Shown here in pieces: positions 18,376 to 27,602 of a stretch of 64,000 bases of DNA. Location: NCBI GenBank assembly GCA_043809315.1, contig JAZDDX010000020.1:72031-136030 (forward strand), given 5' to 3'. The translations under genes were made by a program, and so were the position numbers. The notes beneath the pieces are model-generated. The model was not told the DNA's origin. It was given only the letters and a program-made list of their open reading frames with translations, and searched no databases. Positions within the stretch are counted from its first letter, which is position 1, and every line of letters starts with the position of its first letter. The DNA is from Pseudomonadota bacterium. GTDB taxonomy: Bacteria > Bdellovibrionota_G > JALEGL01 > DATDPG01.

Positions 18376-19362
18376 CTATCCTCCCAAAACCCGGATTCGC
18401 GGCAACGGGTCCTGCCCCTTCTTCCACTCCGAGAAGGCGCTTCGCTCTCTCGGTTTTTGGAGAACCGCTCGGCGGATCTGGCTCTCGATCTCCTCGTCCC
18501 CGGATCCGTCACGAACCGCCGCACGCAGATCGAACTCCAGGGGGGAGAAAAGGCAGAGATGAACTCTTCCCGTCGCCGTGAGGCGCAGGCGGTTGCATGC
18601 CTCGCAGAACGGTTCGGTCAAAGAGGCGATGAAGCCGACCGTGCCGCGGGCCCCATCGATCGCGAACGTTTCGGCCGCGTGCGGTCCGCGATGCTGACGG
18701 CGCAGGGGATATTCATTGGAAATCCATCGTCGGACCGTCCCGATCGGAAGCATCCGGTCCGGGGTCCACCCCTCCCCGCAGAGAGGCATGAATTCCAGGA
18801 ACCGGACCGATATCGGCCGCTCGAACGCCATCCGGCAGAACTCCAGGACCTCCTCCCGACTCAGGTCCATGAGCGCCATGACGTTGATCTTCACCCGGAG
18901 CGACATTGCGACGGCCCGATCGATCCCTGCCATCACCTCTTTCAACCGGTCCCGCCCCGTGATCCGCGCGAACCGCTCCCGGTTCAGGGAGTCGAGGCTG
19001 ACGTTGACGGCGGAAAGTCCGGCCCGCTCCAGCGGTTCCGCAAGAGAGGCGAGGAATGAACCGTTCGTCGTCAGGGCGATGTCTTCGAACTTCGAGAACC
19101 CGCGAAGCGTCCGAACCAGGGAGACGATGTCACGCCGCAAGAGAGGTTCCCCTCCCGTCAGCCGGACCCGCCGGATCCCGAGACGGGCGAAAATCCGGAG
19201 GAGGCGGATCAACTCATCGGACGCAAGGAGTTCTCTCGGCGGGGCAAGCGTCACCTTTTCCGTGGGGGCGCAATAAACGCAATGGAAATTGCAGCTTTCC
19301 GTGAGCGAAACCCGCAGATAGTCGATCTTGCGCCCGAAGGAGTCGAGTAGCGGCTGTTCCAT
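18376..19362 (-). CDS. moaA: GTP 3',8-cyclase (radical SAM)
   Basis: YLRVSLTESCNFHCVYC, RLTGGEPL, FCEACNRLRLT, C-terminal GG. Start trimmed to MEQPLLD. Confidence 0.95.
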   Translation of the reverse strand: MEQPLLDSFGRKIDYLRVSLTESCNFHCVYCAPTEKVTLAPPRELLASDELIRLLRIFARLGIRRVRLTGGEPLLRRDIVSLVRTLRGFSKFEDIALTTNGSFLASLAEPLERAGLSAVNVSLDSLNRERFARITGRDRLKEVMAGIDRAVAMSLRVKINVMALMDLSREEVLEFCRMAFERPISVRFLEFMPLCGEGWTPDRMLPIGTVRRWISNEYPLRRQHRGPHAAETFAIDGARGTVGFIASLTEPFCEACNRLRLTATGRVHLCLFSPLEFDLRAAVRDGSGDEEIESQIRRAVLQKPRERSAFSEWKKGQDPLPRIRVLGG

Positions 19363-19482
19363 CGATTCAGCGGTAGTCAGTACTATGCGCCCCGCCCCAA
19401 GGCAAGCGCGCGCGGCGGCAAAGGGGTGACAGAAAAACGAACCGTTGATATGAAGGCGATCCCACGGGGAAAAGGAGAAAAC

Positions 19483-20985
19483 ATGGCTAAATTGGGGCTC
19501 GAAACTCACATCGTCGATCCGACCGTCTACGACCGGGTGATCCAGCGGTTCCGCGAGGCAAAAATCGCTCTTCCAACCTTCGCACAGCTGGCCGATCCAA
19601 AGACGATCCCGTCGAAGGTCCGCTCCGCTCTCGCGAACGTCGACCCGAACTCCCCGAACTCCTTGAACCTCTTCCGGGTTCATTGGTTCAACTCGGCGAA
19701 TCAGAAAGAGATCGTCGACGTTCCGGAACATATCGTTCTCCCCCCCTCTTTGACGGGGGTCAAAGCCCAGATCGTCGTCATGATCGGCGCCCACTTCCCG
19801 ATGATCTCAGCCCACAAAGTGTTGGCCGCATACGGATGCCTCGTTCCCCGTCTCGTGACGGGGCAATTCGACCCGGTCGCACACAAGGCGATCTGGCCCT
19901 CAACCGGAAACTACTGCCGGGGCGGCGTGGCGATCTCCCGCATCACCGGATGCCGGGGGGTAGCGATCCTGCCGGAGGGGATGAGCCAGGAGCGGTTCAA
20001 CTGGCTCGACAAGTGGGTCTCCCATCCCGACGACGTGATCAAGACGTACGGAACCGAGAGCAACGTCAAGGAGATCTACGACAAGTGCAACGAGCTCGAT
20101 CGGGATCCGAAGAACGTCATCTTCAACCAGTTCTGCGAATTCGGAAACCACCTGGTCCACTACCTCTGCACCGGCAAAGCAGCCGAGACCGTCTTCAAGG
20201 CACAGCAAGCGAAGAATAGGGACTCCAGGCTTCGAGCCTTCGTCTCCTGTTCCGGCTCGGCCGGCACGATCGCCGCGGGGGATTACCTAAAAGAGAAATT
20301 TGGGTCGCTGATCGTCGGCTCGGAAGCGGTGGAGTGCCCGACCATGCTCTACAACGGGTTCGGCGAGCACAACATCCAGGGGATCGGGGACAAGCACATC
20401 CCGTACATCCACAACGTGATGAACATGGACGTGGCGGTCGGAATCACCGACAAGGCGACCGACACGCTCGACGTCCTCTTCAACACGGAGGCCGGGCGGG
20501 AGTACCTCACCCAGCGGAAAGGAGTTCCGGCGGAGATCGTGAACCGCCTCTCCCTCCTCGGATTCTCCTCGATCTGCAACATCTTAAGCGCGATCAAGAC
20601 GGCAAAGTACTACCAGATGAATGCACGCGACGTGGTCGTGACGGTCGCAACCGACAGCGCGGCGATGTACGGAACCGAGCGTGAGAAAGCGCTCAAAAAG
20701 TATTTCCCGAAGGGATTCGACACCGTCGAGGCGGCCGAAACGTACGGACGACACATGGCGGGGACCCAAATCGACCACCTCCGTGAGCTCTCGTTCCACG
20801 AACGGCACCGGATCTTCAACCTCGGCTACTACACCTGGGTCGAGCAACAGGGGGTGACGGTCGAAGAGTTCAACGCCCGGCGGAAGCCGGAGTTCTGGAC
20901 GGAGCTTCAGACCCGGATCGCGGCGTGGGATAAGATGACGGAAGAGTTCAACAAGAAGACGGGCGCCCTGGATCGGATCGGATGA
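19483..20985 (+). CDS. PLP-dependent enzyme, fold type II (tryptophan synthase beta superfamily), function unknown
   Basis: AHKV (Schiff-base Lys), PSTGNY, GSAGT, HNIQGIG. RBS AAGGAG precedes MAKLG. Confidence 0.8.
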   Translation: MAKLGLETHIVDPTVYDRVIQRFREAKIALPTFAQLADPKTIPSKVRSALANVDPNSPNSLNLFRVHWFNSANQKEIVDVPEHIVLPPSLTGVKAQIVVMIGAHFPMISAHKVLAAYGCLVPRLVTGQFDPVAHKAIWPSTGNYCRGGVAISRITGCRGVAILPEGMSQERFNWLDKWVSHPDDVIKTYGTESNVKEIYDKCNELDRDPKNVIFNQFCEFGNHLVHYLCTGKAAETVFKAQQAKNRDSRLRAFVSCSGSAGTIAAGDYLKEKFGSLIVGSEAVECPTMLYNGFGEHNIQGIGDKHIPYIHNVMNMDVAVGITDKATDTLDVLFNTEAGREYLTQRKGVPAEIVNRLSLLGFSSICNILSAIKTAKYYQMNARDVVVTVATDSAAMYGTEREKALKKYFPKGFDTVEAAETYGRHMAGTQIDHLRELSFHERHRIFNLGYYTWVEQQGVTVEEFNARRKPEFWTELQTRIAAWDKMTEEFNKKTGALDRIG

Positions 20986-22379
20986 CGGCGGCGGGCCCGA
21001 CCTTCACCTGCAGCGGTTGCGAGTATGTCGTTCCGAAAACGGAACGGTATCCGTTCCGCTGCCCCAAGCAGAAGACCGGCGACAACATCGACCATGTCTT
21101 GCGGGAGGAACTTCCGGCCAAAGATCCGACCCTTGTGGCCCTTTTCGACTCGACGGAACCGAATCCGTTTCTGAAGTATCGAACCCTCTTTCACTCCTAT
21201 CGTGCCGCCCGGTCCTGGGGGCTTTCGGATGCCGACTATATCGGGATCGTGCAACGCCTCGACGAAGCAGTCGCGAAGATCGACGGGCGCGGGTTCGTGG
21301 AGACCCCTTTCGCTTCGATCTCGAAACTCGGTGACGCACTTGGCTTCAAAGAACTGTGGGTAAAAGATGAAACCGGAAACGTCTCCGGTTCGCACAAAGC
21401 CCGTCACACCATGGGGATCATGATCTGGATGGAGATGGTCCGGAAGGCGTTCCCGAACGGATCCAATGAACCATCTTTGGCGATCTCGAGCTGTGGAAAC
21501 GCCGCACTCGCGGCAGCGGTCGTCGCGAAGGCGGCCGGCCGGACACTCGACGTCTTCGTCCCCCCCGACGCCCACCCGAACGTCGTCCACCGGTTGCAGG
21601 AACTCGGGGCCCGCCTCGTCACCTGTCGTCGCGAGGGGAATCAACCCGGCGACCCCTGTTATCTCCGCTTCAAAGAGGGGATCGCAAAAGGCTCCCTCCC
21701 GTTTACAGTTCAGGGGAACGAGAACGGGTTGACGATCTCCGGAGGGAAGACACTGGCCTATGAGATGGTCTCCCGATGGCGAAGCGGACGTCCGGTCGAT
21801 CGTCTCTTCGTCCATGTCGGCGGTGGAGCGCTGGCGAGCGCGATCATTCAGGGGATGGAGGATGCGAAAGCGATCGGTCTCATCGATCGACTTCCCCGAA
21901 TTCATACGGTTCAGACCGAAGGGGCTTATCCACTCGCGAGGGCGTACCAGAAAGTGGCCGAGCGAGTGGCGTTCCGAAATTTGTGCGCCGAAAAAGAAGT
22001 CGAGAAACGATCCATGTTCTTATCCACCGACAAATCGAGACAGATCGTGAACGAAGAGCTTTGGTTCGCGGCGAACCACCGTTCGACCTTCATGTGGCCG
22101 TGGGAGAGCGAGCCGAAGTCGATCGCGCACGGGATTCTGGATGACGAAACGTATGACTGGCACGCGGTCGTGGGCGGGATGCTCCGGAGCGGTGGATATC
22201 CCGTCGTTGTTTCGGAAGAGAATCTGAAAGAAGCCCACCGTCTCTGCCACGAGCATACGAAGATCCGCGCCGACCACACGGGAACCGCAGGCTTGGCCGG
22301 TGCCCTGAAGCTCCGTCAGGACGGAGTGATCCTTCCGAACGAGACGGTCGCCGTCCTCTTCACCGGCGTGGAACGCTGA
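20982..22379 (+). CDS. Threonine synthase-like PLP-dependent enzyme
   Basis: N-terminal CxxC...RCP knuckle, KDETGNVSGSHKAR, SSCGNAA, VGGGAL, LFTG. ATGA overlap with the upstream gene. Confidence 0.8.
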   Translation: MTAAGPTFTCSGCEYVVPKTERYPFRCPKQKTGDNIDHVLREELPAKDPTLVALFDSTEPNPFLKYRTLFHSYRAARSWGLSDADYIGIVQRLDEAVAKIDGRGFVETPFASISKLGDALGFKELWVKDETGNVSGSHKARHTMGIMIWMEMVRKAFPNGSNEPSLAISSCGNAALAAAVVAKAAGRTLDVFVPPDAHPNVVHRLQELGARLVTCRREGNQPGDPCYLRFKEGIAKGSLPFTVQGNENGLTISGGKTLAYEMVSRWRSGRPVDRLFVHVGGGALASAIIQGMEDAKAIGLIDRLPRIHTVQTEGAYPLARAYQKVAERVAFRNLCAEKEVEKRSMFLSTDKSRQIVNEELWFAANHRSTFMWPWESEPKSIAHGILDDETYDWHAVVGGMLRSGGYPVVVSEENLKEAHRLCHEHTKIRADHTGTAGLAGALKLRQDGVILPNETVAVLFTGVER

Positions 22380-22383
22380 CCGT

Positions 22384-22614
22384 TTGACCGACAAAGAAGC
22401 GAAAGAGTTGTTGATCCGCCGCTATCGGCGCCGAGGCTTCCTTGTGAAGCAGGTGCGGAGGTTCGAGCATTCGTACATCGTTGTCTTCGGCCAGGACGAG
22501 AAAGGGAGCGGGCTCGGTCCTCGGGGCTTGAGCTTCGCTCGGTGCAATCCTCCGACCCTGGATTCGGGTGCACAGCTCGAGCTGCCGGTGAAAAGAAAAA
22601 AACGCCGTCCGTAA
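22384..22614 (+). CDS. Possible small hypothetical protein
   Basis: 76-aa ORF with a TTG start 4 nt after the upstream stop. It fills the gap, but I recognise no motif. Confidence 0.35.
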   Translation: MTDKEAKELLIRRYRRRGFLVKQVRRFEHSYIVVFGQDEKGSGLGPRGLSFARCNPPTLDSGAQLELPVKRKKRRP

Positions 22615-22724
22615 CTCCGAAATAAAACTGAATTTCGGTCCATTTCCGACCGGTTTCCGGACCCATCCAACAAGCTCGACTGCTCAACCTCCCGTAACCA
22701 CAATAAGTTCTTCGAAATCCCGGT

Positions 22725-22740
22725 TGGCACACCCCCTGCT
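22725..22740 (+). promoter_or_regulatory. sigma54-like -24/-12 element
   Basis: TGGCACA-CCCC-CTGCT against consensus TGGCACG-N4-TTGCW. GG and GC are correctly spaced. Confidence 0.45.
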
Positions 22741-22758
22741 CCGCTCTTTGGAGCCTGA

Positions 22759-22788
22759 TTGACGATTGTATACTACTTTGTGTACACT
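22759..22788 (+). promoter_or_regulatory. sigma70-like promoter of hicAB with overlapping palindromes
   Basis: TTGACG-N18-TACACT. Palindromes GTATAC (22768-22773) and GTGTACAC (22780-22787) overlap it. Confidence 0.55.
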
Positions 22789-22804
22789 TATGGGGTGTTG
22801 AGTC

Positions 22805-22987
22805 TTGAAAAAACGCGATCTCGAACGAATTCTCAGAGGTTTGGGTTGGCGTCTCCTGCGCCAGGGTGGAAGCCACGAAATCTGGACCAACGGAACCGAA
22901 ACGGAATCAATTCCACGGCATGTGGAAGTGAACGAGATGGTCGCAAGAGCCATTCTTAAACGGGTGAGGAAACATCATGAATCTTGA
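22805..22987 (+). CDS. hicA: HicA-family toxin
   Basis: 60 aa; L..LGW.L.RQGGSHEIW...IPRH.EV. Confidence 0.9.
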   Translation: MKKRDLERILRGLGWRLLRQGGSHEIWTNGTETESIPRHVEVNEMVARAILKRVRKHHES

Positions 22988-23399
22988 AGGAAGAGTCATT
23001 CCCCCCAAGGGGCGAAGAAACCCGCACTGGTCGGTGGAAATCCCCCTGCTGGAGATCTACACACAAGGAAGATCCCGGAACGATGCCTACCGGATGGCCA
23101 GGGATGCGGTCGAAAGCCTCGTCAATCGGAAGGGATTCCACGTGACCGTAACGCCGGGGAAAGGGAACGCGTTCGACGTCTCGGCAAACGATTTCCCGAT
23201 CTTCCTGGCCTTTGTCTTGGCCCGTCTTCGAACCGGTCATCGCCTCTCCACGCGGCAGGTGGCCGAACGCCTTTCGTCCACTTCGCCCAATGCTTACGCC
23301 CGGTACGAGCGGGGACGCGCCATGCCGAAATTGGATACACTCTTGACCCTCCTACGTGCCATCAATCCTCGACTGTCTCTCGTGCTACGGACAGCCTGA
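22977..23399 (+). CDS. hicB: HicB-family antitoxin with C-terminal XRE HTH
   Basis: P.L.IYTQG.S..DA..MARDA, followed by LSTRQVAERL...YARYERG..PKLDTL. Confidence 0.85.
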   Translation: MNLEGRVIPPKGRRNPHWSVEIPLLEIYTQGRSRNDAYRMARDAVESLVNRKGFHVTVTPGKGNAFDVSANDFPIFLAFVLARLRTGHRLSTRQVAERLSSTSPNAYARYERGRAMPKLDTLLTLLRAINPRLSLVLRTA

Positions 23400-24836
23400 T
23401 CGCGAACCGAACCGGACATACAACCGAGCCCCGCCGACCTCCCGAACGGGCCGGTAGCGTCCCTTGAGCAGAGGTTCAAATCCCGCGGGGGTATCGAGGC
23501 CGGTCACCACGAGTGCGGGCCGGCCGTTCTCGATCCACCGAACGATCTGGGGCACGGTCGCGATCCGGTACCGCGCAACCTGCTCCGGCGTCAGCTTCTC
23601 CTCCATCTTCGTCACGACAAACCCTTGATTCATCCCCGGTAGAAACCTTCGTCCAGACTCCACGAGGTACCCGTTCCACCACGACAGAACCTCGTCATCG
23701 GGACAGGTGAGTTCCTGGATCGCCTCCCCAACGGCATGGACCTCCCGGCGATCATTCACAGACGACGTTCCGTCTCCGCCGGCGATCCATTTCAGATCTT
23801 CGACAACCGGGAAGAGGCTCCAAACCGCGGCACAGATGCCGACGAGACTCAGAATCTTCCTGCCACGGGAATCGGCGCCAATCCGCGCGACGACCGCCAC
23901 GAGCGTAAACACCCAAACCGGAAGCACGTATTCGGGATAGAAGGGAACCAAGCGGATCGAACCGATCGCCATTAGGAGCCCTGCCAGGAACAGCCCTAGG
24001 ACGGACTCCAATCCCCGTTTCTTTTTGCTCCAGATCCAGACGGCCATCGCGAGAAGCGGAAGGAGGAGCAGCCAGTGTGCTCCCGAAAACGACCATCCGA
24101 ACGACACAAGCTGATGAACAATTCCGCGCGTCTGCCACACGCCGCGGAGACGGTGATATCCGATCCAGTTGAAGCCGACGACGTCCGGAGACATGCAAAA
24201 AAGAATCAACGACGGGATGCAGGGGACGAGACACCCGAAGAGAAAACTTCTGAGTTGTCCCGTTTTTCGCGCACGAATGCCGACAATCAATGCCGGCAGT
24301 GCGAAAAGAAGGCGGATGTTTCCCGCCCCCCCCGAGAGAAGACCGGAGCCGAATGCGAACGTCCTCGCCCCCTCCATCTTTTCCCCCGCACGGTCGACCA
24401 GAACAAACGACCACAGAACCAGCGCCATGGCCAGCGCATGAGGCTTTACGATCGGAAAACAGACCCAGGAGAGCGGATGTCCAAAGAGAATCCAGAGACA
24501 GGCCAGGCGGTCCCACGGAGAAACCCCGGATTTCCGGAGATAGAACCAGACCCCCGTCCCGAGAAAGATCAGGGAGAAGAACGACAAGAAACGCCCCGCG
24601 ATCAGGCTACCGCCGAAGAGCGCGCCCCATCCGGAAAGAATCGGCAGGTAGAGCGGCATCTGTTCGTAGAAGAAATCGAGATGCGGGAGAAACCCCCGAC
24701 GCAACTCATGGGCTGCGACCAGATACAGCCCCTCGTCCCGGCTCCAGGGCAAGGCAAACAAGTGTACGAGCCAGATGGAAACAAGGAGCCCAAGCCCCAG
24801 GACGAGAGCTTGATTTCGCCTTACGGAACGATCCAT
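23385..24836 (-). CDS. Polytopic GT-C (ArnT/PMT-like) glycosyltransferase
   Basis: First loop SRDEGLY, PLYLPIL, R..S motif, many TM helices, C-terminal soluble domain. Confidence 0.7.
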   Translation of the reverse strand: MDRSVRRNQALVLGLGLLVSIWLVHLFALPWSRDEGLYLVAAHELRRGFLPHLDFFYEQMPLYLPILSGWGALFGGSLIAGRFLSFFSLIFLGTGVWFYLRKSGVSPWDRLACLWILFGHPLSWVCFPIVKPHALAMALVLWSFVLVDRAGEKMEGARTFAFGSGLLSGGAGNIRLLFALPALIVGIRARKTGQLRSFLFGCLVPCIPSLILFCMSPDVVGFNWIGYHRLRGVWQTRGIVHQLVSFGWSFSGAHWLLLLPLLAMAVWIWSKKKRGLESVLGLFLAGLLMAIGSIRLVPFYPEYVLPVWVFTLVAVVARIGADSRGRKILSLVGICAAVWSLFPVVEDLKWIAGGDGTSSVNDRREVHAVGEAIQELTCPDDEVLSWWNGYLVESGRRFLPGMNQGFVVTKMEEKLTPEQVARYRIATVPQIVRWIENGRPALVVTGLDTPAGFEPLLKGRYRPVREVGGARLYVRFGSRSGCP

Positions 24837-24930
24837 GTTCCGGCCTGCCCTTGGAGGGCCTTGCCGACGCTTTCCGGGTTCGTGATGAGCACCTGCTTCC
24901 CGCCGTTTTCGAGGTACCAGACCACCGCCT
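24821..24930 (-). repeat. Diverged copy of the carbamate kinase 3' end (direct repeat of 25652-25761)
   Basis: 24830-24930 vs 25661-25761: 92/101 identical by manual alignment. Translates as AVVWYLENGGKQVLITNPESVGKALQGQAGTWIVP*. Confidence 0.95.
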
Positions 24931-25667
24931 CAACCCGACAATCGAACTTCGATTCGATTGGACGTCACGCCTGCCGCGGTCACGCGGACCATGTGTTTTC
25001 CGGGAGCGACGCGGGGTTCGAGTTCCTCGAACCGGATATTGAAACCATACCCCCCATTCGGAGCCGCCATGGGGTTTCCCGAGAAACGACTGACCCTATA
25101 CCTGTGGATGGTTCCGTCCACCTCCACCGCGAAAACAATTGCAGGGCCAATCACCTGCACGGGCTGGGTGTCGTGGTTGAAGAAGTTACATTTCAAAAGC
25201 GGTCCCCCCTGCGAACGGGCACCGATAAACTCAATCATCAACGATGGAACCGCCTTCAGAGCTTCGAGCGGAACGATGTGGAACGAAGCTTTGTTGGATG
25301 GAACTCCGTTCACTGACAGAACCGTCTGGTACTCCCCGATCGGGAGGTGAAGGGGCGGATAGGCCACCCACGTGGAGTGGGTCGCTCGGATCGGATCGGT
25401 CAGATCCTTCCAGGGATGGTCGTACATCGCTCTCCCTTTGGAATCGGTGATCACAATGTGGGCGTTCCGCAGCCGAACGGGCTTTTGCGACTCGGGGTAA
25501 ACCCTGAATTGAAATACGACCGTTTGATCAGCCGTGTAGGCGACCGAACTCGTGTTTGCGGTTACTCGAAGCTGCTTATCGTTCGTCGGGGCCCCGCGCC
25601 CTTGACTGATCCCGACCGTGAACAGAGCCAGGAGAATAAGGGGCTTGGCAACTAGGGCGTGATCCAT
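24930..25667 (-). CDS. Hypothetical secreted protein
   Basis: 245 aa, N-terminal hydrophobic signal, beta-rich character. Lies between the two arcC-end repeats. Confidence 0.65.
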   Translation of the reverse strand: MDHALVAKPLILLALFTVGISQGRGAPTNDKQLRVTANTSSVAYTADQTVVFQFRVYPESQKPVRLRNAHIVITDSKGRAMYDHPWKDLTDPIRATHSTWVAYPPLHLPIGEYQTVLSVNGVPSNKASFHIVPLEALKAVPSLMIEFIGARSQGGPLLKCNFFNHDTQPVQVIGPAIVFAVEVDGTIHRYRVSRFSGNPMAAPNGGYGFNIRFEELEPRVAPGKHMVRVTAAGVTSNRIEVRLSG

Positions 25668-26608
25668 GTACCGGCCTTACCTTGGAGAGCCTTGCCGACG
25701 CTTTCCGGGTTCGTAATGAGCGCCTGTTTCCCTCCGTTTTCAAGGTACCAGACCACCGCCTGGATCTTCGGCGCCATCGAACCTTTCGCGAAATGCGTCC
25801 CCTCGGCGAGGTACTTCTTCGCCTCGGCCAGCGTCATTTTGTCCAGCCACTTCTGATCCGGCTTCCCGAAGTTGATGGCGACCTTTTCGACCGCTGTTGA
25901 GATCACGAAGAGATCGGCCTTGATGTTCTGGGCCAGAAGGCTCGTCGCGAAGTCCTTGTCGATCACCGCTGCGATTCCGATGTAATCGCCGTTCCCTTTG
26001 TCGACGACCGGGATTCCCCCACCGCCGGCGGTGATCACGATGATCCCCTTTTCGATCAGCGCTTTGATCGAATCGAGTTCGACGATCTCCTTCGGCATCG
26101 GAGAGGCGACCACGCGGCGCCAACCGCGCCCGGCATCCTCCGACACGCTCCACCCGGATTGTTCAGCCCGTTTTTTCGCTTCCGCCTCCCCCATGAACCC
26201 GCCGATCGGCTTGTTCGGGTTCGCAAAGGCCGGATCGTTCTTATCGACCAGCGTCTGCGTCACCAGGCTCACGCACGACTTCTTGATCTTCCGGCGGAAC
26301 AGCTCGTTCTGCAGGTTCTGCTGGAGCGCATACCCCAGAGCCCCTTGGCTGTCGGCGCCGCAGACGTCGAGCGGCACCTCGTGCAGCCCTTCCACCCGGT
26401 GGGCGATCTCGCTCCTTCGCAAGATGAACCCGACCTGCGGACCGTTCCCGTGCGTCACCACGACCTCCCACCCCGCCTCGATCATGTCGGCGATGTGGTA
26501 GCAGGTCTGTTTTGCCGCTTGGTACTGGTCCGAGACCGAACGACGATCCTGATCGACGATCAGCGAGTTCCCGCCGATCGCGACCACCGCGGTTTTTTTT
26601 GTGCCCAT
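25652..26608 (-). CDS. arcC: Carbamate kinase
   Basis: VAIGGNSL, THGNGPQVG, KPIG, GWRRVVASP, GGGGIPV, AVIDKD, GSMAPK. Confidence 0.95.
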   Translation of the reverse strand: MGTKKTAVVAIGGNSLIVDQDRRSVSDQYQAAKQTCYHIADMIEAGWEVVVTHGNGPQVGFILRRSEIAHRVEGLHEVPLDVCGADSQGALGYALQQNLQNELFRRKIKKSCVSLVTQTLVDKNDPAFANPNKPIGGFMGEAEAKKRAEQSGWSVSEDAGRGWRRVVASPMPKEIVELDSIKALIEKGIIVITAGGGGIPVVDKGNGDYIGIAAVIDKDFATSLLAQNIKADLFVISTAVEKVAINFGKPDQKWLDKMTLAEAKKYLAEGTHFAKGSMAPKIQAVVWYLENGGKQALITNPESVGKALQGKAGTWITP

Positions 26609-26618
26609 GGTTTCTCCT

Positions 26619-27599
26619 TTACGCCATCGTGAGGGCCATGACGGCCTTCTGCGCGTGCATCCGGTTCTCCGCCTCGTCGTAGACGACCGAGTGCGGGCCG
26701 TCGATCACGGCATCGGTCACTTCGACGTTCCGGTCGGCCGGGAGCGGGTGCATGTAGATGGCGTCCGGCTTGGCAAGCTTCATCTTTTTCTCGTCCGTGA
26801 TCCAGGACGAGTACTTCTTGATGATCTCGGCCCCTTTCGCCGCATCGGTCGTGGTCAGCATCGCCCCCCATGACTTCGCGTAGACGATGTCGGCCCCCTT
26901 GCAAGCCTCCTCCATGTTGTCGGTCATCTCGAAGCCGGTGCCGTATCTCTTCGCTTCCGACTTTGCCGCCTCCATGACCTCCGGCATCAACTTGAACTCC
27001 GGCGGATGGGCCAGAACCACATCCATGCCGAACCGGGGCATCTGAAGGACCAGCGATTGCGGGACGCTCATCGGCTTCTGGTACGAAGCCGCGTACGCCC
27101 ACGAAACCACCATCTTCTTCCGGCGCAGGTCCCTCCCCTTCTTCTCGATGATCGTCATCAAGTCGGCCAGACACTGGAACGGATGGTAGACATCGCACTG
27201 CATGTTGAGGACCGGCGATCGCGAGTGCTTCGCGACGTCGTTCAGGTACTTGTTCCCAAGCCCCCAATCACAGTGACGGATGGCGATCCCATCAAAGTAG
27301 CGCCCGAGGATCTCGCCGATCTCCTTCGGCGTATCGCCGTGGGCGATCTGCGTCGTCTTACTCTCGATGAAGGCGGCGTGCCCTCCGAGCTGCGCCATCC
27401 CCGCTTCAAACGAACAGCGGGTCCGTGTCGACGAGAAGAAGAAGAGCATCGCGAGCGTCTTGTCGTCCAGGTACTTGTGGGCTTCTCCCAGAGCGCGCTT
27501 CCGCTTCAGATCCCATGCCACGTCCAATACGGTCTCGACCTCCTCTTTCGTGAAGTCGAGGTCGCCGATCAGGTCCCGGTTTCGCAGGTTCGTTTGCAT
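26619..27599 (-). CDS. Carbamoyltransferase, YgeW-like (OTCase/ATCase family)
   Basis: SSTRTR, HPFQ, HPLPAD. The segment SWAYAASYQKPMSVPQ...RFGMDVVLAHP...ADIVYAKSW resembles YgeW rather than ArgF. Confidence 0.8.
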   Translation of the reverse strand: MQTNLRNRDLIGDLDFTKEEVETVLDVAWDLKRKRALGEAHKYLDDKTLAMLFFFSSTRTRCSFEAGMAQLGGHAAFIESKTTQIAHGDTPKEIGEILGRYFDGIAIRHCDWGLGNKYLNDVAKHSRSPVLNMQCDVYHPFQCLADLMTIIEKKGRDLRRKKMVVSWAYAASYQKPMSVPQSLVLQMPRFGMDVVLAHPPEFKLMPEVMEAAKSEAKRYGTGFEMTDNMEEACKGADIVYAKSWGAMLTTTDAAKGAEIIKKYSSWITDEKKMKLAKPDAIYMHPLPADRNVEVTDAVIDGPHSVVYDEAENRMHAQKAVMALTMA

Positions 27600-27602
27600 C
27601 GC

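Noticed and set aside
24821-25761. IS element or prophage with target-site duplication
   Set aside because: The enclosed ORF has a signal peptide and no recombinase motifs, there are no terminal inverted repeats, and the repeat is too long and too diverged for a TSD.
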